Shown here: positions 22,603 through 33,481 of the stretch, piece by piece
How positions within the stretch are numbered: the stretch's first letter is position 1
Layout of the letters: each line of letters opens with the position of its first letter
DNA from: Calcarisporiella thermophila CBS 279.70
Taxonomy: Eukaryota > Fungi > Calcarisporiellomycota
Direction of reading: 5' to 3'
DNA length: 33,481 nt
Assembly: GCF_041956535.1 (NCBI RefSeq)
Contig: NW_027192224.1
Span: 1-33,481 of the forward strand
The notes under the pieces: model-generated
Told to the model about the DNA's origin: nothing
What the model saw: only the letters and a program-made list of their open reading frames with translations
The model's database searches: none
Position numbers and translations under genes: made by a program

Positions 22603-23587
22603 ATGACGGATAGCTACTTACAACAGGACAGTCCTCCAGGTAGGCGTCGTTCGTCTATTATCGATCCGCTCACCTCAAGCGAGCATGATCACGAGAACAT
22701 TCGCCAGCAAGCCGCCGCAAAATTGGCCTTAGCGGCACGCAAGCGTCAAAGCTATCAGGCTACAGCTGAGTTACAACGCGCACGCCCCCATTCTTTCGGC
22801 AGTACCAGTAATGGTCATGTGAATATCAGTAAAGCACAGCAGCCACCACTGCAACAGAATCAACCCAACTCCCAAAAGCGTATGTCGCTGCCCCTCTCGC
22901 CACGACTTCCTTCGTACTACTACGAAGAGAGTGAGGTCAATAGGCGAATGCAAGAACAACTGCAACAAACAACCGAAAAGATTGGCGTGGGTGGAGATGT
23001 AAATGAAAATTCTAGGCGATCGAAAAGGAACTCGCTTGTTGACCCGACTTATCTTGACTCTGGTAAATCTTTTTTTTCTTTGTATTCATTTTTTTCTCCA
23101 TTAACCTGTTCATTATACTCTTCATAGCGGCATCAGTTGTACAAACACCTGAGAGTCAGACCACTATTCTCGATGTGTATGACTTCTCTCCCTCCTTTAA
23201 GACCCAAGATTTACAAAATATTTTCTCAGTGTACGAAGGAATGCGCGGGGGCTATCGTATAAAATGGATCCACGATACTCGAGCTCTCATTTTATTCGAG
23301 CATCCGGCAACCGCTAAACAGGCTTACCTTGCCAATGTTGGGAACCCCGTAGCAAAGGTACGCCCATACACTGGCACTTTAGACTTTTTGAACAATTCAC
23401 GGCGCGATCCCTCATCCAAACGACATTCTATCGATATACTCTCAAAGCGAGTGCAGGACGCATTCGATGCACAACGACAAATGCGATCTATTCACGGTAA
23501 CTGTAAACAGTGTCAAATTCGACTTCATCTAGATATCACTAACGATATACTTTTGATGAATCAACAATAGAAAAAAGAGAGTTTTAG
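22603..23587 (+). CDS. R3HCC1-like RRM-containing protein with a low-complexity Q/S/R-rich N-terminus, 3 exons (22603-23062, 23128-23496, 23571-23587)
   Basis: ILDVYDFSPSFKTQDLQNIF...YRIKWIHDTRALILFEHPATAKQAY...AKVRP matches the R3HCC1/R3HCC1L RRM pattern (YDF..FxTxDL...IKWVDDTHAL). The last exon is less certain. Confidence 0.78.
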
Positions 23588-23917
23588 CGTGCAACCTTTA
23601 ATGGCACTGAGATGGCGAATATTTCCTATACGTATAGCTTATCTACTTAGTGTTATTTTCTTGTTTCTCTTCCCCCCCTTTTTTTGGTTCCATCTCCTCC
23701 TTTATCATGTATTTTGAATTATTTCACTTTGGGTTTTGTATTATTTTTTTCCTTAATTTCTTGTAATGCTTGAAATTTTATTATATTATATTTTGTTTTA
23801 CTTCTTCCTATGTCTGTGACGATAGGTTGCTATCATTATCATTTAATGGAAATATTATTACTGTGCAATTAAGTGAGAAAATTCTTAAATTACAGTGATT
23901 ACAGTGAAATAAAAAGT

Positions 23918-24427
23918 TCAGTTCGACAACTTTTCCCACATCTCATGGTATGTTTCATCTAGCGTACGGTGAAATCCTTGTCGATTCCTAAAAGTGAGAC
24001 TCTCACCATCTGTAGGAGAGTAAATTAACGTGGATAAACTGCGGGTACTTAATGGAATTCTTTCATTAGGCGCACTTCTGTGGTCGATCATACAAAGAAA
24101 CAACAAAATTGAAATAATTGTAAGGCCAAAAAAATTCCGACTAAGATGAAAAGATTTCCAAATGGAAGAATAATTACAGAAATGGAGTTCCTCGAATTGA
24201 TGCATGCCCTTCATATTTTTCTCTATTCCAGGTTTGTGACTCAAGAGTCAATGCTATGGTTTCTGCGGATACTAATTTCTTATTGAAGTGGAATTGTAAC
24301 AAGATTAGAGCGCAATAGGAACATAGATCTTCTTTAAAACATTTACTTTGGAACTTAATTTTACGGCAGGAGCAGAATTCGCGGTTGATTTAGCTGGTTT
24401 CGGGTCAGAGGAAACTTTTTTCTTCAT
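23918..24427 (-). CDS. Possible small spliced hypothetical gene or decayed gene remnant
   Basis: MKKKVSSDPKPAKSTANSAPAVKLSSK|KLVSAETIALTLESQTWNREKYEGHASIRGTPFL|SAPNERIPL...EMWEKLSN* can be built with two phase-consistent GTAA...AG introns. No homology recognised. Confidence 0.3.
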
Positions 24428-26266
24428 TCTACATTTGCACTTAATATGGGATATTCACCTTTTTGAACATTGGTATCTTCCTCAAAATTAAATCTAAAAG
24501 TTATATTTTGAACTAAATGTGAAAATCTGCCTTGGAGAACAATTCGATTGTAGATAGCGCAGTGCCAAATGCACAGATATTTGAAATTTGAAATTGATAA
24601 CTAGCAGAAGAGTTTGGATGTAGACAATCCTTGTGAAACCCCCTCGGTTTGCATTGCAAAAAATTGAACTTCTCCATTTGAGATCATAGTGCCAAGTGAT
24701 ATTGCGAAGAACGTATTGCAAATATTGAATACATTATGCGGTTGGCTTCTACAACATCCCCTAAGTTTTTCAGGCATTATAGCCAGCTGTTAATCAGTCA
24801 ACTATTTCTATTGTGCTAATTTTTACAACATATAAAGCCATATTTGTTGATTCGATATAATTCTATATTACTTAGGAACCAACTACAATGATCCATGTTT
24901 TGTAAATATTTTTTGTGGCAGCCTTTCTACTAATATCCGATATGATTTAAAGCCAACCGCAATTGTGACATTCCATTCCATTCACTTTGCAAAGCGAACA
25001 CCAATGTATCTATTTAGGATCCATAAGATTGCTCTCCTAATAAGATTTTCATTGATTACGAGCATATCAACTTAAAGGTATATTTTGGCTTAATCACGAG
25101 ATGCCTACATCGCCTAGAAATACACTTAATCGACCCATTATTACGCTGTTTTGGGGTTCTCAGGGATAAGAGGATTCTCATGATTTTCCAGTATTTGTCG
25201 GAAACTCAAATCTGTCATGATATGTTTATCCAAAAGTTTGTACTGCACGCTTAGGTTGTGTAGTTGTTTATTAGCATTATATATGCGCAATCTGCTTTTG
25301 CTGAGGCCAATGGCTTGTCAATATATGGTGGCACTGCTTACGAAAATACCCTTAGCTTACTTATTTCTATTTGATATATATGTTATTTATATTGGAATGT
25401 TTGGGAATAGAATAGAGGATCAGAGAGTGGAAAAAAGGATAAAGGAGGAGAGTATATGCTGCTCTTAGTCACAGCTGATCGCGATGGGAAGGATAGAGTG
25501 TGTCCTAACGAGCCTCATAGCTCCAAGCAGCTTTATTCTATAATATGCATTAACGATTTTCGAGAAGGAATGGTGGCTGTGAGCGTGATCGCACTGCTTT
25601 GGGAATAAGCGCAATGAAATCTTATTACGATGCAGGTAGGCTTTTGAATTTATTTCTTACTTTTTGGTTAATCCCAGTTGCACTGCCATTCTTATGTTCA
25701 GGTATTAGGATCTAGATATATTTTGAAGCAATTCCTAAATGTCAATGGTAAATCTACAACATCTTGTATGATTCAGGCAAATTGTTAAATTACAAAGCTC
25801 AACTCCTGATGCCAGCCAATATCCAATCATTCAAATAATATTAGGAGTCGTTTTTTTCAGTGATTGTTTGAAATATTACGCTCTCGAGAGGCTGAACCAA
25901 TAAAAAAAATCAAAATCATCAAACCCATCAATCCAAGCTCAATTCCTAGTGCAGAATTTTCCCATGAGCTTATAAGTTTCTTTCCGATCAGATTTTGGAA
26001 CAGTTTCTTCATTCAAATAATGCACTGCTCTCTGCAGGAAATGGCTCACAGAGGAAATCGACTAAGTAACATACGCTGAGTATCGCATAGGGCGGCATAT
26101 CCGCCCCATTGTCCAGATCGAGTCAGAAGATTGAAGTTGGATTATGGAACTGACTCATGCATTTGCCTTCTACTTGAGAAGTGATAACTATTTACATATG
26201 CGAACCATTTTCTATAAATAGTTGCCCAAATTGCTTGCTGCTTAGAACTCAATAAGATTAACCACG

Positions 26267-26479
26267 ATGAAAAAGACACTTTTCCTAGTTTTATTCTTAC
26301 TTTCACTTCTTTCTGCTGTAAAGGGTGTTTGCAAACGTCCATGTTGCAACGATTGTTGGTGCTGTCATTGCTGCCGAGGTGCACAACTTGAAGAATTTGC
26401 AAAGCAAGAATTTGCAGGAAACATCGCAAGAGCTGAACAGTTTCTCAGTAAACTCCGGGCAAAAACACTCGAGCAATAA
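26267..26479 (+). CDS. Small secreted cysteine-dense peptide precursor, 70 aa
   Basis: Signal peptide MKKTLFLVLFLLSLLSAVKG; core VCKRPCCNDCWCCHCCRG; Cys-free helical tail. CTATAAATA box at 26212-26220; AATAAA near 26589. Confidence 0.8.
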   Translation: MKKTLFLVLFLLSLLSAVKGVCKRPCCNDCWCCHCCRGAQLEEFAKQEFAGNIARAEQFLSKLRAKTLEQ

Positions 26480-27326
26480 CGAGCTCATGGTCTCTTCTCT
26501 TACATCGTATACTAAGAAATTTTCTCGAGTTTTCTCATCTGACTCTCCCTGGAATACATTCAAATTTGGTCAAGAGCATGTAATGCCAAATAAATAGTAT
26601 CAATTAATTGTTTCATCTAAACTAAACAGTATTTATAAACCCAGGCATACTACTTTTTCTATTATAAAATGTTACATGCAGTGATAATAAGAAGAAATCA
26701 AATACTGAATGGATTGATTATTTTAGTCGTACTTATTGAATGAGTTATCATCCTATAGATTCTCAGCAAATTCTCTGAAAATAAATTCTTAAGTGAATTT
26801 CGTTTCAGGGGCTAAATCCATGCGTACTAGTTCCTTTACTGCTCTTGCAATATAGCAATGGATCCTTTCAATCTAGATTAAATATCTATATGTAAATATC
26901 TATAGCTCCATACTCTTCCGTTCCAGACCTCAGTTATATTACGACAGTAAATGCTTTGATCTAGGGATTTTTAACGGCATTTGCATTATAAGCAATGCAG
27001 TATTATTAATGCTACTCTTTTTCGGCCTCCTTATAGCCAACTTATGAACCTCACTTTGGATTAATAACACATTAATAGCTTAGCTGCTTTGAAAGAAGAG
27101 TTAAATTTGTTTTTTGTTAATAAAAACTAATTTATCATTTATTATGTGCACAAAGTTCCATTTCAAAGCACCTCTATTAACAATCAATTTTGTAAAGTAG
27201 GCACAATTCTTCGCCTGTGTGGCTTGTAGATCCTTAAACTTGTTCGTTTCAACTTTAGAGCTGGAATTCGTATTTTTATTGCAGCGATCAAAGCGTCAAT
27301 TCTTTCTCTAAAACTGGTGGAAACAA

Positions 27327-28473
27327 ATGGCAAATGCAACCCCTAAATCCAATCCAATAACTAAAGCAGTATGGGAAGGCAGCATTCCTATTCGCTTCTC
27401 ACTCGATCCAAAAGAAGCGGAATCGTTTGGAGTTTCACTTGAATCTTGTATTGTAAGTTCCATTCTACTTTAATTGCACTCTGGCTTTCCTTCAATATTC
27501 GTCCGTTCTACTCCAGATCCAAGCACCACGATGCTCTTATCTTTCCCTTCTTACATCACAAATCCGAAAATTTTTCGTGGATTTGGGGCTGCAATTTTTC
27601 GGAGATGACACAGAAATTTGGTACGAATACAACGGCACGCCATGCAAGTGGTAATGTTAAAAAATCACACAATCGTTTTATTGTACATTCATTTAGATGT
27701 TCTATATCTCGTTTTCCTTCTACAATGAAGGCACTATCCAATAGGACTGCTGTATGATTTGTTAACTCACAATGATCCCTCTTCTGATTCAATACAAGCG
27801 CTACCTTGGCGGTTGACTGTACACTTTGAGAATTTCCCAGCAAACCAGCTGATTCGTGGACAGGCTGTCGATGCAACTCAAGATTTCTTTTTTTCTATGG
27901 TTAAAGAGGTTAATTAGTATATTTATCCGGAGCCTGACTTTGGATTAAATCTCGCTTTATTTTTCGTATAGGCCGATTTTTTAATGCATGGCTCAACCAA
28001 AAAGCTAATGAATCTATCCAAGGACGATCAGACACAATTATGGGATGGGTTGGCATCAAGTATGTTGACTTAGAATGAAGATTTCTTCCTTCTCCAGTTT
28101 ACTGATCCGTAAATTTTGTGATGTTATATCTTGCACAGATAGCTACGAACGTTTCTGGAGCATAAACCAACGACTATCTCCTGCAGATGCCCCCCAAACG
28201 CGCTATATCCCGTTACGAGTTTACCTCCCCGATGCCTCCGTTGTGATTCAAGAACCATTGAGTCCTTTTGACGAGGATGGCTCCCTACTTACATTATGGG
28301 ACGCACTTCACCGCCTGCTCCCAGATCTCTTCCCAGATAAAAAGGCTAAGCCTTGTGCATTGCCTGTGGTCCACGGAGTTATTCCGCAAATGGAGATGCC
28401 GTTGATTTGGGCTGCACAGCAACTCTCTTACCCGGATAATTTCTTGCATATTGTCATCCTGCTCAAGAGCTGA
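27327..28473 (+). CDS. ATG5: Autophagy protein Atg5, 5 exons
   Basis: VWEGSIPIRF...APRCSYL...IWYEYNGTPCKW|HYPIGLLYDLL...LPWRLTVHF...SMVKE|ADFLMHGS (conjugation Lys)...YIPLRVY...LSYPDNFLHIV. Confidence 0.96.
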
Positions 28474-29276
28474 CAACCTTCATCATGTTTTACAATTAGT
28501 GTACCTTTCTAATCTAAGAGATTAACTTTATATTGTCTTTATAATTAATGCATCATTTCCGTCTTTCTCTTTTTCATTTATTTGTTGTACTGCCTTTTAT
28601 ATCGACCCCTTTATATGAGATTTTTGTCTTGCATCTCTAGCTTTATTTTATTTTAGCTGGCAGAAAATGTATAAAGCGAAGAATAAATACCCCTCTATTT
28701 TACTTTTTACAAGAATGAAATACACAATGAGCGACATACGTCATGTTTTTTTTTCAGTACTCTCATTGAAGCGAGTATATTTTCTGTCAAAAATATCTAT
28801 GTAGAGTTGAATTTACTGATGCTAGGCTTGTTAAACCTTCTGAATGTATTAGACTTCATTTATCTTAAACGTTGCCCAAAGGCTTTTTGTCACGTAATGG
28901 CTAAACTTGGGTACTTTTCTTTGATGCAAAGCCCAACAGGATTCTATGCTTCTATTATGGTGTGAGCTTATTTATTTTCCCCTTATCTATCCTGTTTGTA
29001 TAACAAAAAACTCCCATAGAATACATGTTGTCCCCATTTTTAATACATTAGCTTTTTCGAACTGCACCTGTCCACAATCACTGTATATTGCATGTTTCTA
29101 ATGCAATTTAAGCGTTTCGCACAAGAATTTTCTTGTGACTTGTCTCATTGAGGTCGCGTGACTGTAAATGGTAGAAATGGTGGCAAATAAATAGTTGCCC
29201 ACCAATATCAATGCAGCTTCCTAATTGCCTATTAATCCTTATCTTCCAAACATACACTGGTCAATAACGAGAAAAC

Positions 29277-31201
29277 ATGAGTAGAATAGCAAAATTTTTG
29301 GTAGTAACACTGATGGGGGGACTGTGTAGTCTTAGTTATGCACTAGACAATGGGTTTGTTCGTCCTCCAATGGGGTAATGTCGAAGAAAAGAACCTCCAT
29401 TTGGAGTTTAGAGCGAACACATGAAAAACATTAACTATTTGGATTCCAGATGGAACAGTTGGAACAAATTTGCATGTAATGTGGACGAAGCGTTAATACG
29501 CGAAACTGCAGATGCAATGGTGAATTCAGGTATAAGAATGAAGCTATAGCGCCATGGCATTAAATTGATAGTGTCTATCACAAAGGTCTGGCCGCGGCTG
29601 GTTATGAATATATAGTGATAGACGACTGTTGGCAAAGTTTTCGTGATACTAATGGGACTATCCATCCAGATTACAAAACGTAAAAAATTTTACATCCTAT
29701 CTAACTAAAATAGAGCATTACCTAGGTATAATTTAACCAGGTTTCCATCGGGTATGCGGGCACTAGCAGATTACGTTCATTCAAAGGGTAAACTTCAGGA
29801 AACTCTATGACAGTATTCTAAATATTTCCAGCAATTTCATTCAATATATCTATAGATTTGCTATTCGGACTGTACACCGATGCCGGAATAATGACATGCC
29901 AGGGACGACCTGGATCACTGGGTAATGGGGGATCAAACTTTCTTCAGTATAATAGCTCTCTAGTAAATGCTCTTAATAACAGGCTTCGAAGATATCGATG
30001 CTAAAACCTATGCGGATTGGGAGGTGGATTTTGTAAAGGTAGATAATTGTCACAATAACGGAGTTCCAGCGTTGTTACGATACACAAGTAAGCCATTGAA
30101 TATGATTACCTTGTCTCAACCAGAATATGCTTACAATTTACCTCTAAACTTCCTTTGTAAATTGTGAATTAGAAATGCGAGATGCTTTGAACGTAACAGG
30201 AAGACCAATATTCTATAGCATCTGTAATTGGTAGACAGCCATCCTGGTTATTTGGACACTCATAATGATAAGCAATCAAATTAACTGTCATAATTTCTCA
30301 TCTCCAGGGGAGAGGAATACGTGTGGAAATGGGCCCAGAATGTAGGAAACTCATTTCGTACAACCGAGGACATAGGCGACCACTTCAACCCCACTAGTTG
30401 GCGAGAGTCTGGCCCCTGTTACCCGTGCGGTGTTGTAGATATCATCGACAGAATGGCAGAAATGACAAAGTACGCGACCATCGGATCATATCCAGATCCC
30501 GATATGTTGGAAGTTGGGAATGGTGGAATGGTAGTATATTTTATGTTGTTATCTTTAGTGATTGAGCATAATTAACCCAGTAGTTAAACCGAATTAGAGT
30601 TATGAAGAATATAAAACACACTTTACTTTCTGGGCAGCATTCAAGGCCCCACTGATTATCGGCTGTGATTTGCGGAATATGAGTCCAGAGACCCTTCAGA
30701 TTCTGACAGCGGAAGAAGTCATTGCTGTAAATCAGGATCCGCTTGGGAAAGCTGTTCAACGAGTTCGACGGGACCGATTTCGTGGAGTGGAAGTGTGGGC
30801 AGGACCACTTAAAAACGACGATACCGTAGTTGGTAATACTAGACTTATTGAACCAATCCAATTCGTTTATACCTTTATATCGCCATCGACCTTATGATTG
30901 ACCTATATACATTTTCTTTTTTTACTCAATAATGTAGTATTATTCAATCGGAATACATGGTCAACTTCAATATCAGTTCACTTTTCTTTTGACCTGGGGA
31001 TGACTCGTAATTCACGTTTCAGAGTGCGCGACCTATGGCAAAAAAAGGATATCGGTGACTATGTTGGCCAGTAAATGTCCTCCTCCCATATTCCAAAAAA
31101 AAAATAGACTACTGTACACTATCTTTTCATTCTCTTTTAGATTTGAGGCAAAATCCGTCCCTGGGCATGGCGTCGTAATGTTGCGGCTCTCTTTGCAATA
31201 G
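29277..31201 (+). CDS. Secreted alpha-galactosidase (glycoside hydrolase family 27), 11 exons
   Basis: Signal peptide, then LDNG...PPMG|WNSWN...IDDCW...FPSGM...VDFVKVDNC...[11 protein letters not shown]...SFRTTEDI...[12 protein letters not shown]...[11 protein letters not shown]...IAVNQDPLG...VRDLW...[11 protein letters not shown]. Ten GT-AG introns. Confidence 0.95.
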
Positions 31202-31556
31202 ATATACTGGTGGAGAAGAACTAGAATATTTCTTTGAATCTCCGCATAGTTCCAATTGATCAGTTTATTTCAATAATGGGTAACTCATCCATTCATCTAC
31301 ATATAATATATTGGAGTGTCATGGGATTGTACTTGTTAATGAATATATATATTTTGCATTATATATTTACTTTTTTTCCATATTTGATATTTTTTCTGTA
31401 ATGTATGTTAACTTAAATGATGCTTTACTTTACCCTTCATAATTATCCCACATGACTCGAAATGTAATCTAATTATATATTTGATTGCATGAAATATTGG
31501 CAATAATATATCGTTATTTATTATATGAATGTAATACTGTTTTTGCACTCCCTTGG

Positions 31557-31783
31557 CGTTGGAGGACGACCAGGCGTGACCTAAGTCTGAAATAGTCTAG
31601 ATAATCTGTGTTACGACGATTGACATCATTATTACACCTTATCTCTTTTATCTCTTATCCTATCCTATCATATATATAAGATGTGATCTATCTCTCTTGA
31701 GTTCTTTGGTGTGTTTGAGTTGTGTTATCCCTTCTGCTTGTCTTCCTTCCTTTTTATCAATACATTCTTATTAAATTCCAACA
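31557..31783 (+). mobile_element. Solo LTR (227 bp) with 5-bp TSD CTTGG
   Basis: CGTTGGAGGACGACCAGGCGTGAC (first T changed to C) ...TGTGTTATCCCTTCTG...TTCCAACA. CTTGG at 31552-31556 and 31784-31788. Confidence 0.9.
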
Positions 31784-32054
31784 CTTGGTGCCAATTTTGA
31801 AATCAAATTAAATTAAGATATATTACTAGCAAGTTTGTGGCTTTCTTCAAAGTATATTGATTCGAGAGTATATCGAGATTTAAGTGATTGCATTTTCTGG
31901 AAAGAGTTTCTTAAAGTGTTGGCTTTTCTAATTTGAAAATATGAATCTAACAGAGAATATAAACATTGTGGTGACGCTAGTTGAAAAATAAACCCGTTGT
32001 TGATTTCCTCCTACTTTCAAGTCGGCACTCCGCTGTCAGTACGATATATTCATT

Positions 32055-32204
32055 ATGCCCTCCCACAAGTCATTCAAGGTGAAGCGCATTTTGGGCAAGA
32101 AGCAGAACCGTCCTATCTCGGCATGGATCCGCTTCCGCACCGATAATGCTATCCGGTACAACGCTAAACGTCGTCACTGGCGCCGCACCAAGTTGAACCT
32201 CTAA
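32055..32204 (+). pseudogene. RPL39: 60S ribosomal protein eL39 processed retrocopy (49 aa; missed by the ORF track)
   Basis: [49 protein letters not shown]. Intronless; AATAAA at 32239; genomic A-tail at 32267-32289. Two residues shorter than canonical eL39, with RPIP changed to RPIS. Confidence 0.85.
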
Positions 32205-32292
32205 ATTTGTGTGTTACCAGACTTATTTCTTTTGTCCTAATAAAAGAAGAGTTGGGCACCACTTTTAAAAAAAATAAAAATAAAAAAAATAA

Positions 32293-32505
32293 TTTTTTTG
32301 ATCAAAAGTGAGTCTTTATTGTTTAATAAGACTCTAAAATACAATCGTTACATTATTAAAAGTAATAAAATAAGATAAAAGCTAGATATTAACGCGGTAT
32401 TGCAATTCGGGGTAAGTTGATCATGACAAATTTTCTCCTCAAATGGGTAGATGTGAAATAAAACTCAACTAGCTGTGGGTATTAGGGAACGACTTGATAG
32501 GTGAT
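32293..32505 (-). mobile_element. Short poly(A)-tailed retro-insertion (5'-truncated LINE 3'UTR or SINE-like)
   Basis: Minus strand ends AATAAAGACTC...TTGATC(A)7, like the neighbouring LINE end. Flanked by near-identical AAATAAAAAAAAT(T)AA repeats at 32278-32292 and 32506-32521. Confidence 0.6.
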
Positions 32506-32521
32506 AAATAAAAAAAATTAA

Positions 32522-33481
32522 TTTTTTTTGATCAATCAACGGAGACTTTATTAGTTTCCGTAGCTTACAAGAGTTTAATGATTACAATGAAATAAGAAGG
32601 GGGGGAATAAAGGGTAAATTAGATGTATATAGTGATCGGGTATTTGGTGAAAGGTATGAAGTAAAGAGGAGGGGAGGAGGGAAAGAGCGGATTGGGAGAG
32701 AGGAAGGGTTGCTTCGTCACTCCAGTTTTAGTCTTGCTCTATCCGAACTTTCTATTACCGCTCCCTGACCGCACCACCTTCTTCGGAATAACTCTATCTC
32801 TCGTCTTTTACGTGCCTTTATCAGTTCACCTCCGATAGCCTCCTCGATGTCCATTTTGGCACGGAGGATGATTGTCTCGGGTGATGCTCGAGTGCATTCG
32901 AAATGGTAGGCGATTCGGTCCCGATGGATTTGCCATAGCACCGAATCGAAGACGATTTGAGCCGCGTGTCTTACTGCCCTCGGGGCTTCTGGTAGATCGC
33001 CAAGTACGAGGTTCCTGGGGCTCAGCACCTGAGTGTTTAGGGGGCCTGAGATGGTGTTGATACACCTTTCCGTCCAATGCCACACTGATGTGAGTTCGGG
33101 ACATTCGAAGAAGGTGTGGCGGATGGTGTCCCTCGGGGCGTTACAGCGGGTACATTTCGGGTCATGACCAGGGAATGTCGAGTTTGTAATTACACGCTCT
33201 ACGAGGATTCGCCAGCGTAGTGTGCGGTGTTTTGGGAGTGTTGGCCGTTTTTGAATGGAGGTCCAGACCTTTTCCCATTCCTTTGCCGTGGATGCAACCT
33301 CTGGCCAGGATTGGGGCGTCAGCGTTTTTGGTTCCGGAGAGCCATTTCGCTGGAAGTGCCTTCCCTGTCGAGTGGAGTATTCCGGGACAGGCGCGCCAGC
33401 CAGGTGGCAAAGGTGTAGTGGGAAACGAGGAGGCGGATGTTGACGGGGTATGGCAGAACATTTCGTGATATTTATTTTCTC
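32522..33481 (-). mobile_element. 3' end of an L1/Tx1-type non-LTR retrotransposon: ORF2 C-terminus with zf-RVT (33481-32717), 3'UTR and poly(A)
   Basis: Frame is open from the window edge to the stop at 32717: WEKVWTSIQKRPTLPKHRTLRWRILVE...KCTRCNAPRDTIRHTFFECPELTSVW (CCHC zinc knuckle). Abrupt GC rise, pyrimidine-rich 3'UTR, AATAAA...TTGATC(A)8. Confidence 0.9.

Noticed and set aside
26090-26106. GGGCGG-N5-CCGCCC palindrome upstream of the Cys-dense peptide gene
   Set aside because: 6-bp arms can arise by chance and cannot be supported without conservation data.
32826-33468. Several overlapping ORFs on both strands
   Set aside because: They are alternate frames of the GC-rich LINE ORF2.

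Overview
AT-rich eukaryotic DNA with short GT-AG introns. Gene content (ATG5, HDAC8/Hos1-type deacetylase, R3HCC1-like RRM, GH27, ECM3/PILS-type transporter, Kex2-processed peptide) suggests a fungus, probably early-diverging (inference only). About 13 protein genes can be assembled by hand: a TauD-type dioxygenase, an auxin-efflux-carrier-family transporter, a head-to-head pair of paralogous intronless 7TM proteins, a copsin-like defensin, a secreted FAD/BBE oxidoreductase, an amidohydrolase_2 ending in SKL, an acidic hypothetical protein, HDAC8-like, R3HCC1-like, a secreted peptide with 8 Cys in 15 residues, ATG5 and a 10-intron alpha-galactosidase. Mobile DNA: three solo LTRs plus one fragment of one TGTTGGA...TCCAACA family, an RPL39 retrocopy, a short poly(A) retro-insert and the 3' end of an L1-type LINE. 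The most unusual signals are a ~245-nt gapless fold-back at 17735-17978 whose arm mismatches fall almost all in one codon phase, the orphan 7TM pair, and the two Cys-rich secreted peptides. All calls are by eye; no database search was run.
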